Shown in pieces: positions 51,855-64,000 of a stretch of DNA of 64,000 bases; position 1 is the stretch's first letter; each line of letters opens with the position of its first letter. The notes beneath the pieces were generated by a model. That model worked only from the letters and a program-made list of their open reading frames with translations. It was not told the DNA's origin and searched no databases. The stretch lies in the NCBI GenBank assembly GCA_964106915.2, contig OZ066917.1; one strand, given 5' to 3'. The position numbers and the translations under genes are program-made. The DNA is from Podarcis gaigeae. Taxonomy: Eukaryota.

Positions 51855-52010
51855 TCTTCAGAAGACAACTGAAGGCAGCCCTGTATAGGGAGGTTTTTAA
51901 CGTTTAATGTTTTATTATGTTTTTTGTATATACTGGAAGCCACCCAGAGTGGCTGGGGCAACCCAATCAGATGGGTGGGGTACAAATAATAAAATTATTG
52001 TTGTTGTTGA
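51855..52010 (+). mobile_element. L2-type LINE 3' end
   Basis: ORF end FRRQLKAALYREVF, then gccacccagagtggctggggcaacccaatcag and an att/gtt simple tail. Confidence 0.7.
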
Positions 52011-52758
52011 TTCCACATACTGACATGCTTAAATATGCACAACTTGGAGTGAGCACCAGGTGCAAGATTAAAAATAAAATAAATGTTTAGCACAACCTTG
52101 TAAAGCTTGTCTGGAGAAATGTTGTTTCAGAAATCAGGAGTCCAGTGTTAGGGCTGCTTGCCAATGCTAGTCAATGCTGGCCTAGGCTCTCTCCCATGAG
52201 CTGCTTCCCAAACAGAAGCAGAGGCACAAGTGTGCTCATTAGTCAGTTGTTGCAGGCAACTCTTGTACGTAGGGCCTCTGCCCCTGGCATTGCCCCTGGG
52301 TTCTCAAGGTCTCAGCCATAGAAGACCTGACAATCCTCATGAAGGCTTGATAGCTGCTGGATCCCCTACCAAACAAGTAGCTAATCAAGAAGAAGCATCC
52401 TTTCAGCTTCTGTCCTCAGTATTGAGCAAATGGACTATCTACAGCTGCACCATTATTGCAAATTGAGCTCTACAGTCCCACACCCATATATGTGCAGGAG
52501 ACAGGGCAGGAAGAACCCTGGTTCATATGTCCAGGCGTGGATGGTGCTGAAATGGCATTAGTGGAGTATTTTATTTAGTTATAATATTTGCATACCACAA
52601 CAATATAAGAGCAACAACCAGAACAACCACAACCACACACAAAACCTATTTAAAATACAGCACACTGAAACAGACCACAAACAAAACAGCTTATGGAAGA
52701 TCAGTAAAAGTACTTAGAATGCCTGGCTGAACTGAAATGTCTTTGCCAAAAATACAAC

Positions 52759-52921
52759 AGTGTTGGAGCATGTGTTTTACATGAAAAATGTCCCAGGTTG
52801 AATCCGTGCCATCTGTAGATAGCACTAGGAGAGATTCCTGTCTGAAATGTGAGAGAGCTGCTTCAAATCAGGTAGGCTACCAATGGTCTGAATGGGCATA
52901 AGGCAGTTACCTATGTTTCTA
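52759..52921 (+). mobile_element. Degenerate tRNA-derived squamate SINE (Squam3-like)
   Basis: A/B-box-like head (agtgttggagcat...ccaggttgaatcc) and tail ataaggcagttacctatgttt; family name from recall. Confidence 0.5.
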
Positions 52922-53807
52922 ATGTTGGTGCCAGATGTATCTCTTTTGGGGAATAAATTCTGCAACTTGTGTTGTGACCAAGTTCCCTTTTTTTACTAGG
53001 CAGGGAGACTCCAGGATGGACTGGGTTCTCTGTATGATTAAACAGAGACCTGGTTTGCAAAACAAAAGACAGAAAGGATTTAAATGTGTGTGGGGGGGTC
53101 TGTCATATGACACATACGAAGCCAGGTGCTCAAGGTGAAGGCCAAGTATATACTGCATGGTTGAGAAAAGAGGCTCACTCCATTCTTTCACCACAAGTTG
53201 TGACCCCAGATGAAAGCATGAACTGGGCTACACAGGCTCCTGAGCAGCAGGAAAACTTTTTTTTCTCTCTCTCTCTTGTCTCTTTCCAAACAGCATACAA
53301 ACTTCAGCATGCAAAGGGGAAAAAACCCCAAAACAATAAGAAGCCTTCCCGGGTTCCCACATGTACAGTGAGGATTTGTACACTATTATTCTTTTCCTTT
53401 TTGCTTGCTGTACAAATTTGTAGCTTCTTCATTTCCCTCCAGGCAGTGACAAACCTATATTTAAGCTGCAGCTAGAGAATCATATTACATAATATAGGAG
53501 AACCTACCAGAGACAAATTTTCAACCACCCTGGATTTTCATACAAAACCCCCCAAATCATTAAAAAAGGAATAGATTTTTTTCATGAGACAACAACCTGT
53601 ACAGCAATTCTAACTTATGCAAAACTAAGCTTCACATAAATATAAGAGAGAGAGATGGCCTAATTCAGATTACCTACAATTTCTCCACGTAAAAATTCTC
53701 GGTTTTTAGAGAGCACTGTACAGAAAATGGATAAAGTAAGGAATCCAAACAATACATTCAACAGTATAAGGGACTGGACAAGGTTTTTTAAAAATATGAT
53801 CAGGGTA

Positions 53808-54033
53808 CAGTGGTACTTTGAGTTAAGAACTTAATTCGTTCTGGAGGTCCGTTCTTAATCTGAAACTGTTCTTAACCTGAGGTACCACTTTAGCTAATGG
53901 GACCTCCCGCTGTCGCCATGCCGCCACCGCACGATTTCTGTTCTCATCCTGAAGCAAAGTTATTAACCCAAGGTACTATTTCTGGGTTATCAGGTTCTGT
54001 AACCTGAAGCATCTGTAACCTGAGGTACCACTG
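53808..54033. mobile_element. Tigger/pogo-type MITE, copy 4
   Basis: Same body and TIRs as copy 2; TA at 53806-07 and 54034-35. Confidence 0.92.
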
Positions 54034-54620
54034 TATCTTGTTAAATAAAGCTAGAGAGAAGATGTATGAGTTTCAGATTCAGAGGCTTTAACGTATCCTC
54101 TACTTAAATTTTTTATGTAGTATATTCCTCTAAAAAAAGTGATGATGGTGAACTAGGGTATAGGTTTTCTTTTTTTAAATGCCCCTGTAGATACAGCAAG
54201 TGGAACTGTCTGCTAGGCTCACAGCATCCTTGTTGCAATGCTAGAAGAACAGCAGAGCAATCAAACAAAAGTTTGAATGGGTTTTGCAAGGTTAACAGAT
54301 CAGAGGGAAAGAGAGTTTGTGTGAGAAATGGCAGTGAGCTGCAGACAGCATCTTTCCCCCTAAGATGAAAATTGCTGGCTCATGAAATAGCAGGCGAAAA
54401 TATTGAGACGGTCCAAAAATTTCATTCCCACCTCCTCATTTCTCTTTCAGTAGTCGGGTAGAGAGAGAGGAAAAGGTGGAAATGAAATGTTTAGGGGCTT
54501 GTTTAGAGGACAGTTATCTGCTACTCTGAAAAGATCAGCTGTGTCACCAAGTTGCATAACTGAATCTCTCACGCTCTGGCTAAAAGGGCCGGGATTAAGC
54601 ACAGTGCAATGCAGAGTGCA

Positions 54621-54656
<36 letters not shown>
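54621..54656. repeat. (AAT)12 microsatellite
   Basis: Perfect run read directly. Confidence 0.97.
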
Positions 54657-54659
<3 letters not shown>

Positions 54660-56379
54660 CCCAACCCAACAGCAGCAGCAAGCTAGTTGGCCCTAGTCCT
54701 GGATTTTATCTATCACTAGGAATCCCATTGATCTCTTCTCCTGACACAGCAGAGGTGTGTGAATAATTTTCCGCTGCATAATCGTTCAGTGAATTGTTTC
54801 CTTCTTCCACTTGGAACAATGCTTACAGGCAGCCGGCCATTTCCTCAGACTGATTCAATCTCTGAATTCACTCAACATAATTGTTGGAAGTGGTGATTCC
54901 CCCCTCCCACTTCTTTAACAATGGCACACCATTCACTGTGATTATGGGATGTTCAATATTCTAGCTGTGTTGGTTAGTTTCGGTTGCTTGCATTTAGGGT
55001 CACCACCTGGCCTATTTTAAACTTCCCTGGCTTTTCTTTTCTTATCGGCAACTTTCTGTAATCTTAAACTTAAAGGTAAGCTACAGGCAATAAAAAAATT
55101 TACATATATATGAGCGATGACACTATTTTTCTTCCTTTTGCCTTTAGGAAAGATGGCAAAAGTATATCATAGTCTTCTGTTTCCTGACTGGCCAAGTGTT
55201 AACAATTTTTTACCAGGTCTGCTATGAAATCTACTGAACCCAATGGAAATACATCAATTGCCTAGAATAGGGCTGGAACAGGGATCAGAGACATAATCAA
55301 GAAGAGGGTGTTAAGGGAGTCCCTGGAGCTGTGACTCCATCAGGGAAAAGAAACAAATAAGGGCTTTAAAATTATTAACCTTTCCTTTTCTGGAGGCTCA
55401 CAGGCCCTGCCTGAGGCATTGTTCCTATTAAAATCAGGCTACCAGAACATTGGCTGGGTGCAGTGTTTGGAAGGCAATTTTCTCTTGTCACATTCACATA
55501 AAATAATTGTGTGTGCAATCCAAGTTGTGATCAGAGCCACATCTTGTTCATTTAATTGCCTCAGTTACAGGAATGCAATGGTAAGGAAACTATCACCTAG
55601 CACCACACCAAAATAAATACATAAGCAACACAGTGCCAGTCATTATTGGAAAGTGTTTACGTTCGTGTGCGTGCATTTGTGTGCGTGCATATGAATGTGT
55701 GGTGCCAGCTGCAGAAGACACGGATTGTTTACTCATCTATTGATAGTTTTAAAATGTGATTTCCATGAGCATTAGTCAAGTTAAAAAACTGAGTTGCTCA
55801 ATTATTCCGATGCAAAAAATAAAAATAAAAAGGCAACAAGCAGAAGCTTACAAAAGAAACACAGCTGCAGCCAAAGTGAGTTCATTTTTATATTGGAGCA
55901 AATATTCACAGAACATGGGTTATTTTGTAGAATTTGTCCCACTCTAATAACAGGCTCTGAGCAATAATATGAATAGCAGCAATCTTTAGTACACAGTTAC
56001 ATATTTGAGGTATGGCACGTGCTAGCTTTGGTAAGCTCTCTGCTGTTTTATACTAGCGAAAGGCCCGCCATTATGACAAGTGAGGTGTGTATGAGGGAGG
56101 GACTGTATATTAGAGGGATCCCTGGAGTGCTTGTAGGTGCAGGGCACCATGAATGAATGGCAACCATTTAGTAATAAAGGGATGAAGCAATCCAGGTTCT
56201 AAATTCACCCTCTGTTCCTGTGATCCCAGTATTTGGAGTGGGGATTTGGTATGCCCCTTCTCAGTTGTCCCTGATTGCAACCCATTTACTTTGTCTCAAA
56301 GAATTCAACAGCTTTTTAAAATGTGATCCTGCAGTACAGATAAAATCCTGGGAACTGACTTGTTATATAATACTAGGTA

Positions 56380-56526
56380 CAGTGGCGTAGCATGGGATGT
56401 CAGCACCCGGGGCAAGGCAAGTAATTTGCACCCCCTAACCCGTGGATTTGCGCCCCCTAACCCTAACCCCCAGATGTTGTGCCCGGTGCAGCCGGCACCC
56501 CCTGCACACCCCACGCTACGCCACTG
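56380..56526. mobile_element. hAT MITE with telomere-motif VNTR (1 full unit), sister of 47324-47514
   Basis: TIR cagtggcgtagc / gctacgccactg; perfect TSD actaggta (56372-79, 56527-34); 44 bp shorter than the sister copy. Confidence 0.95.
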
Positions 56527-58878
56527 ACTAGGTAACATTCCATGTTTGACAGGCAGGAGAACAGTTAAGAGATGGAGAGAGCTAGCTTTCTTCCCCACAA
56601 TGTCTTCAGAAAGAGAGAAGGTGAATTGCTCTCAAAATGGTTCCCCTCTCAATGATGGCTACTGACAGTATCAATGAGCATAAGAGATGGTGGGCAGGAT
56701 TTGGTTTCACCATGGAATTGGCCCTAAATGTAGCACTTTACTTTTCCACATAGGAATTACGAGGATCAGTTTGTAGATTCCCTTATATGGAATAAAGCAA
56801 TATACTCTTGGGCAATGCTGGAATAGGTGCTAAACCTGTCATATTTCCTGGTGACTCCCGCCATTTGCAATGAAACCAACTTCTATCAGCCTAGCCATAT
56901 TCTGGGCACTGTCTCTTAGTCACATCAGGTGTTTTTTATAACTGGGTTGGTAGGTGAATGAGCATCTAGATGTTGTTATCTGTCATCTGTAATGTTGGTT
57001 TCAGCCAACATGGCCAATGGTCAAAGTTGCAGTCCACAATATCTGGAGAGCACTACAAAGGTTACCCCTGCAGTACAGCATAGTATTTACCTTTCATAGA
57101 ATCACAGCATTATCATTGAGTAGCCGTGTTCCCAGAGCTATATGTTTGCCAAATTTCATCAGATAGCCATACTCTAGAGCTTTGTGTTTACACATTTTAT
57201 GACTGAAATTGAGGTCTGATTCATAGCACCAAACAGCAACATGCAACATCAGTGCTCCTGTATTACAACTGGACAAACACTGAATTAGCTGTGTTTGCCT
57301 GTAGATAATGTCCAGGAGTGCTGGACTAGAATGTATGGACCCATGTTCAAAACTCCACTGTGAAGTTTCCTGCCACTAACTCTTAGCCTAATCTACCTAA
57401 TAAATTGATATTGCCTCATATCCTTTATGCATAAGTGGCTTTATATATTATGGATCTTGCTACCTATTCCTAGTCATGTTCTCTGAGAGCTGAAAATTGG
57501 TTCTGATGATAGTCCCCTGTGGCTTACTTGCACACAAAAGAGCTCAAGCAATAAAGCTACTTGCATGAGCAGTCTAACATGGAAACTATGTGCACACATG
57601 AGATTGCAGTTTTTTCTGCTTGCAGTAAAGAAGGAGCAATTTGATGTTCTAGTTCATGACAGAGGAGTGGTACTCATGCATGAGTTTGTTCCTTACATGA
57701 GTAGACTGCTTGTCCAGCTGAGCTATGGAGTGTGTTGCAAAGTCTCATAACATTATATAATTATAACTCATGATTGTATTAGCTGTAGCAAGGTAGAAAT
57801 CTGAACCCAGGCCTGATTACTGTCATCTGGTAAGGGTTCAAAACCAGAAAATGTGATAATTGAACTAAATAGGAATAAATATGATCCTTGGCTTTGTGTT
57901 ATAGAAACACAACATACTTGTAAACAGCAGTACAATCTATTTGCTGCATACCTCTGTTTCCTCAGCTTGCTGTACTACCCATGCTAAGTAGCTAAATGGG
58001 CTTACACAGTATTAGCATAGCATTTTATTACTTCTCATTTCTATAGTACATCCATGCATGAAGTATTTTATTATTCTTACTGCATTTCTGCTCCCAGCAA
58101 CCTGCATGAAGTAGGTGAGGCTGTGAGAGGGTGGTTTGCCCAAGGCCACCCTGGGAGCTTTATGACTGAGCAGGGATTTGTAACTAGATCTCTAGCACTC
58201 AAACCCAACACGTGATACTTAGAAAAGCACCCCAACTTTTATATAACAGGACTTTTTTAGAAGGCACTGTTAACAACACACACACACACACAAATGAAGA
58301 CTTGGGTTGGAGTTGTCCTAAAGTGATTTATACTTTCTGTCTTCCACAAGATATTGTCACTGGCACTGCTTGTTTTTGTTTTGCTTCCCACTTACCCACT
58401 CCTTTCCACAGTTCTCTTTCATTTATATCCTTGAACTTCAGACACATTGGGGCAGGAGGGGGAGAGGGAGAAAGAATGCTGTACCACACCAGAGAGACTC
58501 AGCTGAAGCCCCAAAGACAGGAGCTGTTTGCGCTGCTGCTTCTTTCTCCATAAATACAGCTGAGACTATGACTGGGTAATTGGCTAAGTGCCTGTCAGCT
58601 TAATAACAGAGAGGGAGAGGGAGATTTGTACTTACTATTCAAAGCCATGGATGCTTCCTGCCAGTGGATTTCAACATGGGTTTTGTTTTGCTAGGTTAGC
58701 AGAGAGTGAACGGACACAGGGTTCCAAGGAGTTGTCTCTCCTGCCCTGTTCACACAAGGATTGGTGTGGAAAAGCACAGGAGGAAACAGACAATGTGGAA
58801 AACAGTAGAATTCACCCAGACCTTATGCAGTCATCTGGCACAGTTCAAGCTAGCCAGGCACCACTGCTTCCCCTAGAT

Positions 58879-59012
58879 CAGGCATGGCCAAACTTGGCCC
58901 TCCAGCTGTTTTGGGACTACAACTCCCATCATCCCTAGCTAACAGGACCAGTGGTTAGGGATGATGGGAACTGTAGTCCGAAAACAGCTGGAGGGCCAGG
59001 TTTGGCCATACC
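58879..59012. mobile_element. Near-perfect palindromic hAT (Charlie/MER5-like) MITE
   Basis: Arms tggccaaacttggccctccagctgttttgggactacaactcccatcatcccta pair with the reverse arm. The right end lacks the terminal tg and the TSD (left flank ccctagat). Confidence 0.85.
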
Positions 59013-62000
59013 AAACGGGCTGCAATAATACTTTGATATGGAACCTGTGGGCTGCACACTGCTTTGTTGTGTGGAGGGGGGTGGGAAGGAGGCCAAAATT
59101 AGAGGGGGGGCAGCCTTTGCCCTGCCTTCCAAACACTGGCTAAGTGGCTCGCTAGGCTTTGGAAAGGATGTGTGAGGTTCTGGCAGAGTCCTAGAGCCCC
59201 CCCCCTTTCCCAAGACGGAGGACTCTAGGACCCTGTCAGAGCCCTCACGTCTCCTTTCCGGAGCCCAGTACTTCACTTACCCAGCTTTGGGAAGGTGGTA
59301 TGAGGGAGGGGAGGGGTGTCAACTGTTGCTGAGGGCCACAAAAAAGGCCTTGAGGGCCATATGTTGGACCACCAATGGTAGCCAAGAGTATATGGCTGCC
59401 ACCATTTGATTTTGGAGATAACCTGAACTTTTTCCAACTGAAGGCACCATGCTCTCTGAATTATAAACCTGCAAGAGCATTTTTTCACCCAAAGAGTATA
59501 GTCTTTATACTATAATGATAGGTCCTGAGGAAAAGATAGGATAGAATGGTATACAGGTGGCAATTAAATGTTTATTAATTTTTATTTAAAACTGATTGGT
59601 GTTATGCATGTGTGTCTAATATCAGAACAGATTGCTCATTGGGGTTAAAGGGGAGATACAACACAGATGCTATTTTAAGAAAAACTAATTTGAGACCATT
59701 CTTGTCCTCAGGACCCATCTGTAAAGTATAGGAGATACAGTTTCAGATGCTCTTCAGAAACCTTGCATGGCTATATCAATTTTAATGCCAACTAAGTAGG
59801 GAAACATATGGTACTTTGTAGCAAATTGAAGTGTGTATGCAGACTCAGGGGAGCAGGTTGAACCAACACAATCTGACAGTTTCTCCTCCACCACTTTCTT
59901 TAACGTAAGTTATAGATTTGATATTATAATACTGTATGTATATCAATCAGTAAAGTCTTATTTTGTTCTTTTCCCATGCAAGTGTCACCTGTGATTTGTT
60001 AATCCACCTATACAGGCCCCTACAAGCATATAGTTTGCATTGATATGTACATCATTACGTGCCTATATTCCAAATTCCAGGCAGGTACCCTTTGCAACTC
60101 TCCTCCATTACCAAGTATTTTACAAGTTTCTCTCCTGCCAGGGTTGTATATTTTGCAGCATCCTGTCTCCCTAGGTGTATATATCTAAAGTTTCGGTACT
60201 GTATTAAGAATATGTAAGATACCAGCAAAAATATGTAGCAGTATCTCTATTTTTTACTCCTTGAAGTCTGCACAACAGAGCTTACAAGGGCTTTCTCTTT
60301 TTCTCTTCTGTGAAAATATGCATGGATTTCCCCCATAGTGCTCACAAATGCTTCATCCTGAGGGTGGCTTCATAAATTCAGATTTTGGTATGACAATTGC
60401 TGGAAAAACTAGGTATTTTAGTGTTTCTTTGGATGTTCAGGCATGTTGTTGTTGGTTCTGCATATTCTCAGAGATGTAGTTTTCCCTGCATCATACACTC
60501 AGCTGTACCTCCTCAAATTCTTGTGGACAAAGAGAGCATGATTTATAGACATTTTGTAAAGAAAAACAGCATTCTTCATTTCAGAACATATAGCAGTTTC
60601 TTCTACCCACTGATCTGCTGTGTTTGCCTTGTCTTTTCTTGAGGGATACTTGAAGCTCCTTAGTTTGTTTCTTATCCCCTTGTTCTTTTCATCCAAAACC
60701 CAACAGGAAAAAAACGTGGGTTCCCTAAAGGGATAGCTAGGGAAAAGAAGAGGCTTATGATAGCTTAATGTAGCCAGCAGAAGGTTCTTATAGGAATATT
60801 TCCTGTTCCGTTCTTCCCTGTTGGGTAGAAAGTCTGGTGCCTCCCTGGTATAACCCATCTGGATTCATCCTGACCTTGTTGACTCCACCTTCAAGGTGCT
60901 CACATTCTGTCACATTTCCATTCTGAAGCACTATGAAGACCATTAACTGCATGCAAGGCACAATAATGGGGGGGGGGGGAGAGAGAATATTGTTTCTATA
61001 TATCTATGCATCACTGTTTCATGGTGCTGTTTCATACTCTATATTTTTGAGGTGTAAAGGTATTTGAAGTGTATGCCTAAAAATGGAACATGTGAATGCA
61101 ACAATCACATTTACCACAAAGGTTCACTCATCAGAGAGTCATATTTTGCTACAGCTCCCACTTGAGAGCACATTTGATAGCAAACTTGGGGGGGTTGCCT
61201 TTTTATGTTGAAATGGCCTTGAGTTTACATTGCATTTTGTACAGATTGAAGGGAAACAACATTAATGGCTGTGTTGCCTTCTGCTCACCTGTGAAGTTCA
61301 GCTGCATATAAATGCTGCATCTAGTGGGTTGCATCACGGTGTGAATAGGTCTCCCGAACACCGGTAGGCTTTAAGCATTTATTAAGAAACCATCCTTACT
61401 GAGAAAAGGGCTTACTTGCATTTTGACAGTCAATAAAACAGTAGGGTAATAATCTTGGTTTGAGGGGTGGGAGCTCCACTATTCCATTCAATAACAACAA
61501 TGCTTTTTTTGTAGTCGTGTCAGTAAATTTAAACCGCTTTATAGCCTGAACATGTATACAGCCAATCTTTAATGAAATGCTCTCCACTGCATTTTCCTGT
61601 TATAAACTGTATGCTAATAAAAGCCATAATCTATGCAGCTCTCACTTTTCCTTTATCTGGATTGTGCAGGACACAAACTTTGTTTTAATGCCATGTTGCT
61701 GTTCAGCTTGAAGAATCTTTATCCACATGCGCAGTTCCAAAATATCAATAAAATATCTGAAGGCCAAAAAGCATTGCATTTGTGTTATTACTGGAAATTT
61801 AATCCAAGTCCTTCTTTCCTGGAAGGCACGCTTGCAACTTTTATAAAATGAATGCCTTTGGGCTGAAATTTCTCGGTCACATTCTTCTTCAATTAGAATA
61901 TTTGTTGCAATTAAAAGCAGGCCATTTATTCTTATGTACAGTCAGTGTTGCTCTTCATTTTGTATCCTCGCCTAATTTTTAAAATGATCATATAATTTAA

Positions 62001-63170
62001 ATAAAACGTGCACATTGACTTGAACTTCTTTGCTATGAACCATCTTTTGGTAGGTACTAAATGTCATATATCTATATAATCTTAACCCTATGCGCACTGG
62101 AAGGCAACCTTAAGGAATAAGTAGTGAGTAAAAGAGAAAAGAGCAGGCTATTTTCATCCTCCCTCCCCACAACTTCTGGCTAATCTGTGATAGCAGGCAA
62201 TTGGCAAAGCCTTAGCAACTGCCACAGACCAATGATGCTAAATGGCAAATGATGAGACTGAGGAAGAAGGTCAGTTTGCTGCTTCTTGGGGCTCTGGTCT
62301 CTCAAGAGGCTGCTAACCTTCCAGAGGCTCCATATATAGGTAAGTAGTCGTCAGTGGGATGGGGAGGTTTGCATTGCTTACCTGACATCCATTGCTGCAC
62401 CCCTATCTCCTCATCCCTCCTCTCCCTCTTGATAACTGGCAGTCACTCCAGCCATTGGGAAGCACAGCTAGGCCCCACCCCATCAACTGCAATTGCACCC
62501 TAAAAACCTCACTCTTGCTCCTGGCAGACAAAAAAGAAGAAGCACAAATGGAGACTTGAGCTACTGGATACTCCAAGGATAGGATTGCTGTGTTGCAGCT
62601 TGCCACATTGCTGGCACAGAAGACACCTTCTTTCCTTGATTCATTTATTTATTTATTCATTGCATGTATATCATGCCGTTCCTCCAAGCAGCAAAAGGAA
62701 GCATGCTAACATAGGGATTGTTCCCATTTTATCCTTGCAATAACCTGCCACTGTACCCTGCTTCGTCTTCAGTCCAAGTATGTTTAGCATTCCTCAGAAT
62801 CATCGGATGTATGCTCTAATCCACTACAAACAAAATGCCCTCCCTCTCTAATAATTCAGCAGTGTACACGGTGCGTAATCAAAGAAAGTTAATGTGATCT
62901 GCTATATGCTGCTAGATAAATGCTTTTTCAATCCCTGCGCTACCACTAATTGTAAGAGGAATGAGTATTTAGCACAATTTGTTTTCAGCAACTGATGTGG
63001 TTGGCATTTACCTGATGTGGTAGACAGGAGTAAAAGACGTAGGAAAAAGAAGACCATCACTCTTTAGACACACTTAGAGGCAGGATGCTACAGTGGTCCA
63101 GATTCCAGGCAATGCCAGCAGGTGGCCACAAACCCAGAAGCTGAGCCAAATTCCAAGATGGCAAGGTCAA

Positions 63171-63261
63171 GAATCATAGAATTGTAGAGTTGGAAGCCCC
63201 AACTTGGGGCTCAAACATACAACCCTGACAATAAGAGTCTCGTGCTCTACCAACTGAGCTA
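63171..63261 (-). mobile_element. tRNA-Lys(CTT)-derived SINE fragment with short CR1-type tail
   Basis: Reverse complement tagctcagttggtagagcacgagactcttattgtcagggttgtatgtttgagccccaagttgggg closely matches tRNA-Lys-CTT. It is joined to ttccaactctacaattctatgattc and lacks the 5' acceptor stem. Confidence 0.85.
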
Positions 63262-64000
63262 TAGAAGTTAGGGAAAAAAAATAGAAGAACATGGGACTTT
63301 GCTTTTAACCATTTTCCTGCATCACACTAGAACAGAACTGTAGCTTGTTAAGGATGACACAGAGTGAAAACCAAAGCGTCCCCCTGTTCTCTGTGCCCAC
63401 CTACAGAAGAAAGTGGCACACAGATTCAGACTTTTCAGTATGAATTCATGTTGGTTTGGAAGGCCGGGTTCATAAAGAGTTGTGAAATGCCCAAGTTCAG
63501 AGGCACTGAACACCAAATGCAGGGGAGGACTGTTACAATAGTGTCAGGATTATGGTTTTCCCAGAGGCAGCTAGCTGATCACTATGGGAAGAAGAATGCT
63601 ACATGGGGCTTCAGACATTTATGATGTTATTATGTGTTTAAAAAGTGTCGGATCAGACAAGTCAAGGAGCAGCAGTAAGAGAACAGAAACAAGCAAAGTC
63701 AGGGTTAATGTTGGGGTCAAACAAACAGCTGTAAAGGGTTGGTTTGGCATGCAGGTCAGGATCCACTGCACAAAAGCTTTCTGTCCCCAGAAAAGCCCTT
63801 ATATAAGGACACCTGGCCATTCATTTTCAAAATACTGTGAAGTTGAGCCAGTTACAACTCTTCATGATACTGTCCATTACTGCACAAAGCAAAGACTCTG
63901 TATTGGTCCCTGTGCATCAGTAATATTTTATATATCACATATCAGTGTGAGTCTCTGATTATAGCTTCTCTGGGTTATATTCATGTTTTTACATATAATC

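Noticed and set aside
63196-63261. Functional tRNA-Lys gene
   Set aside because: Missing 5' acceptor stem, mutated T-loop and anticodon arm, fused to a LINE tail.

Overview
Vertebrate genomic DNA, CpG-depleted, with a 197-N assembly gap at 8806-9002. A full-length Sauria SINE and associated repeats indicate a squamate reptile, probably a lacertid-type lizard (inferred from recalled repeat sequences, not a database search). I find no credible protein-coding gene: the supplied ORFs look like chance frames or frames across repeats. The window reads as a gene desert or very large intron. It holds many non-autonomous DNA transposons (Tigger/pogo-type MITEs with TA target site duplications (TSDs), hAT MITEs with 8-bp TSDs, Harbinger-like fold-backs, one probable Helentron-associated element), CR1/L2 3' fragments, SINEs, solo LTRs and microsatellites. 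These are separated by repeat-free, homeobox-motif-rich blocks that may be conserved enhancers. Most interesting: (1) a young hAT MITE family carrying a copy-number-variable 22-bp unit built on the telomeric hexamer CCCTAA; (2) two chimeric retroposons sharing a CR1-type tail but with different Pol III heads (5S rRNA-like and tRNA-Lys); (3) an element with ~150-bp internal periodicity resembling a HINE; (4) a candidate 24/27-nt NAGNAG microexon on the minus strand. I cannot support a novel protein-coding system here.
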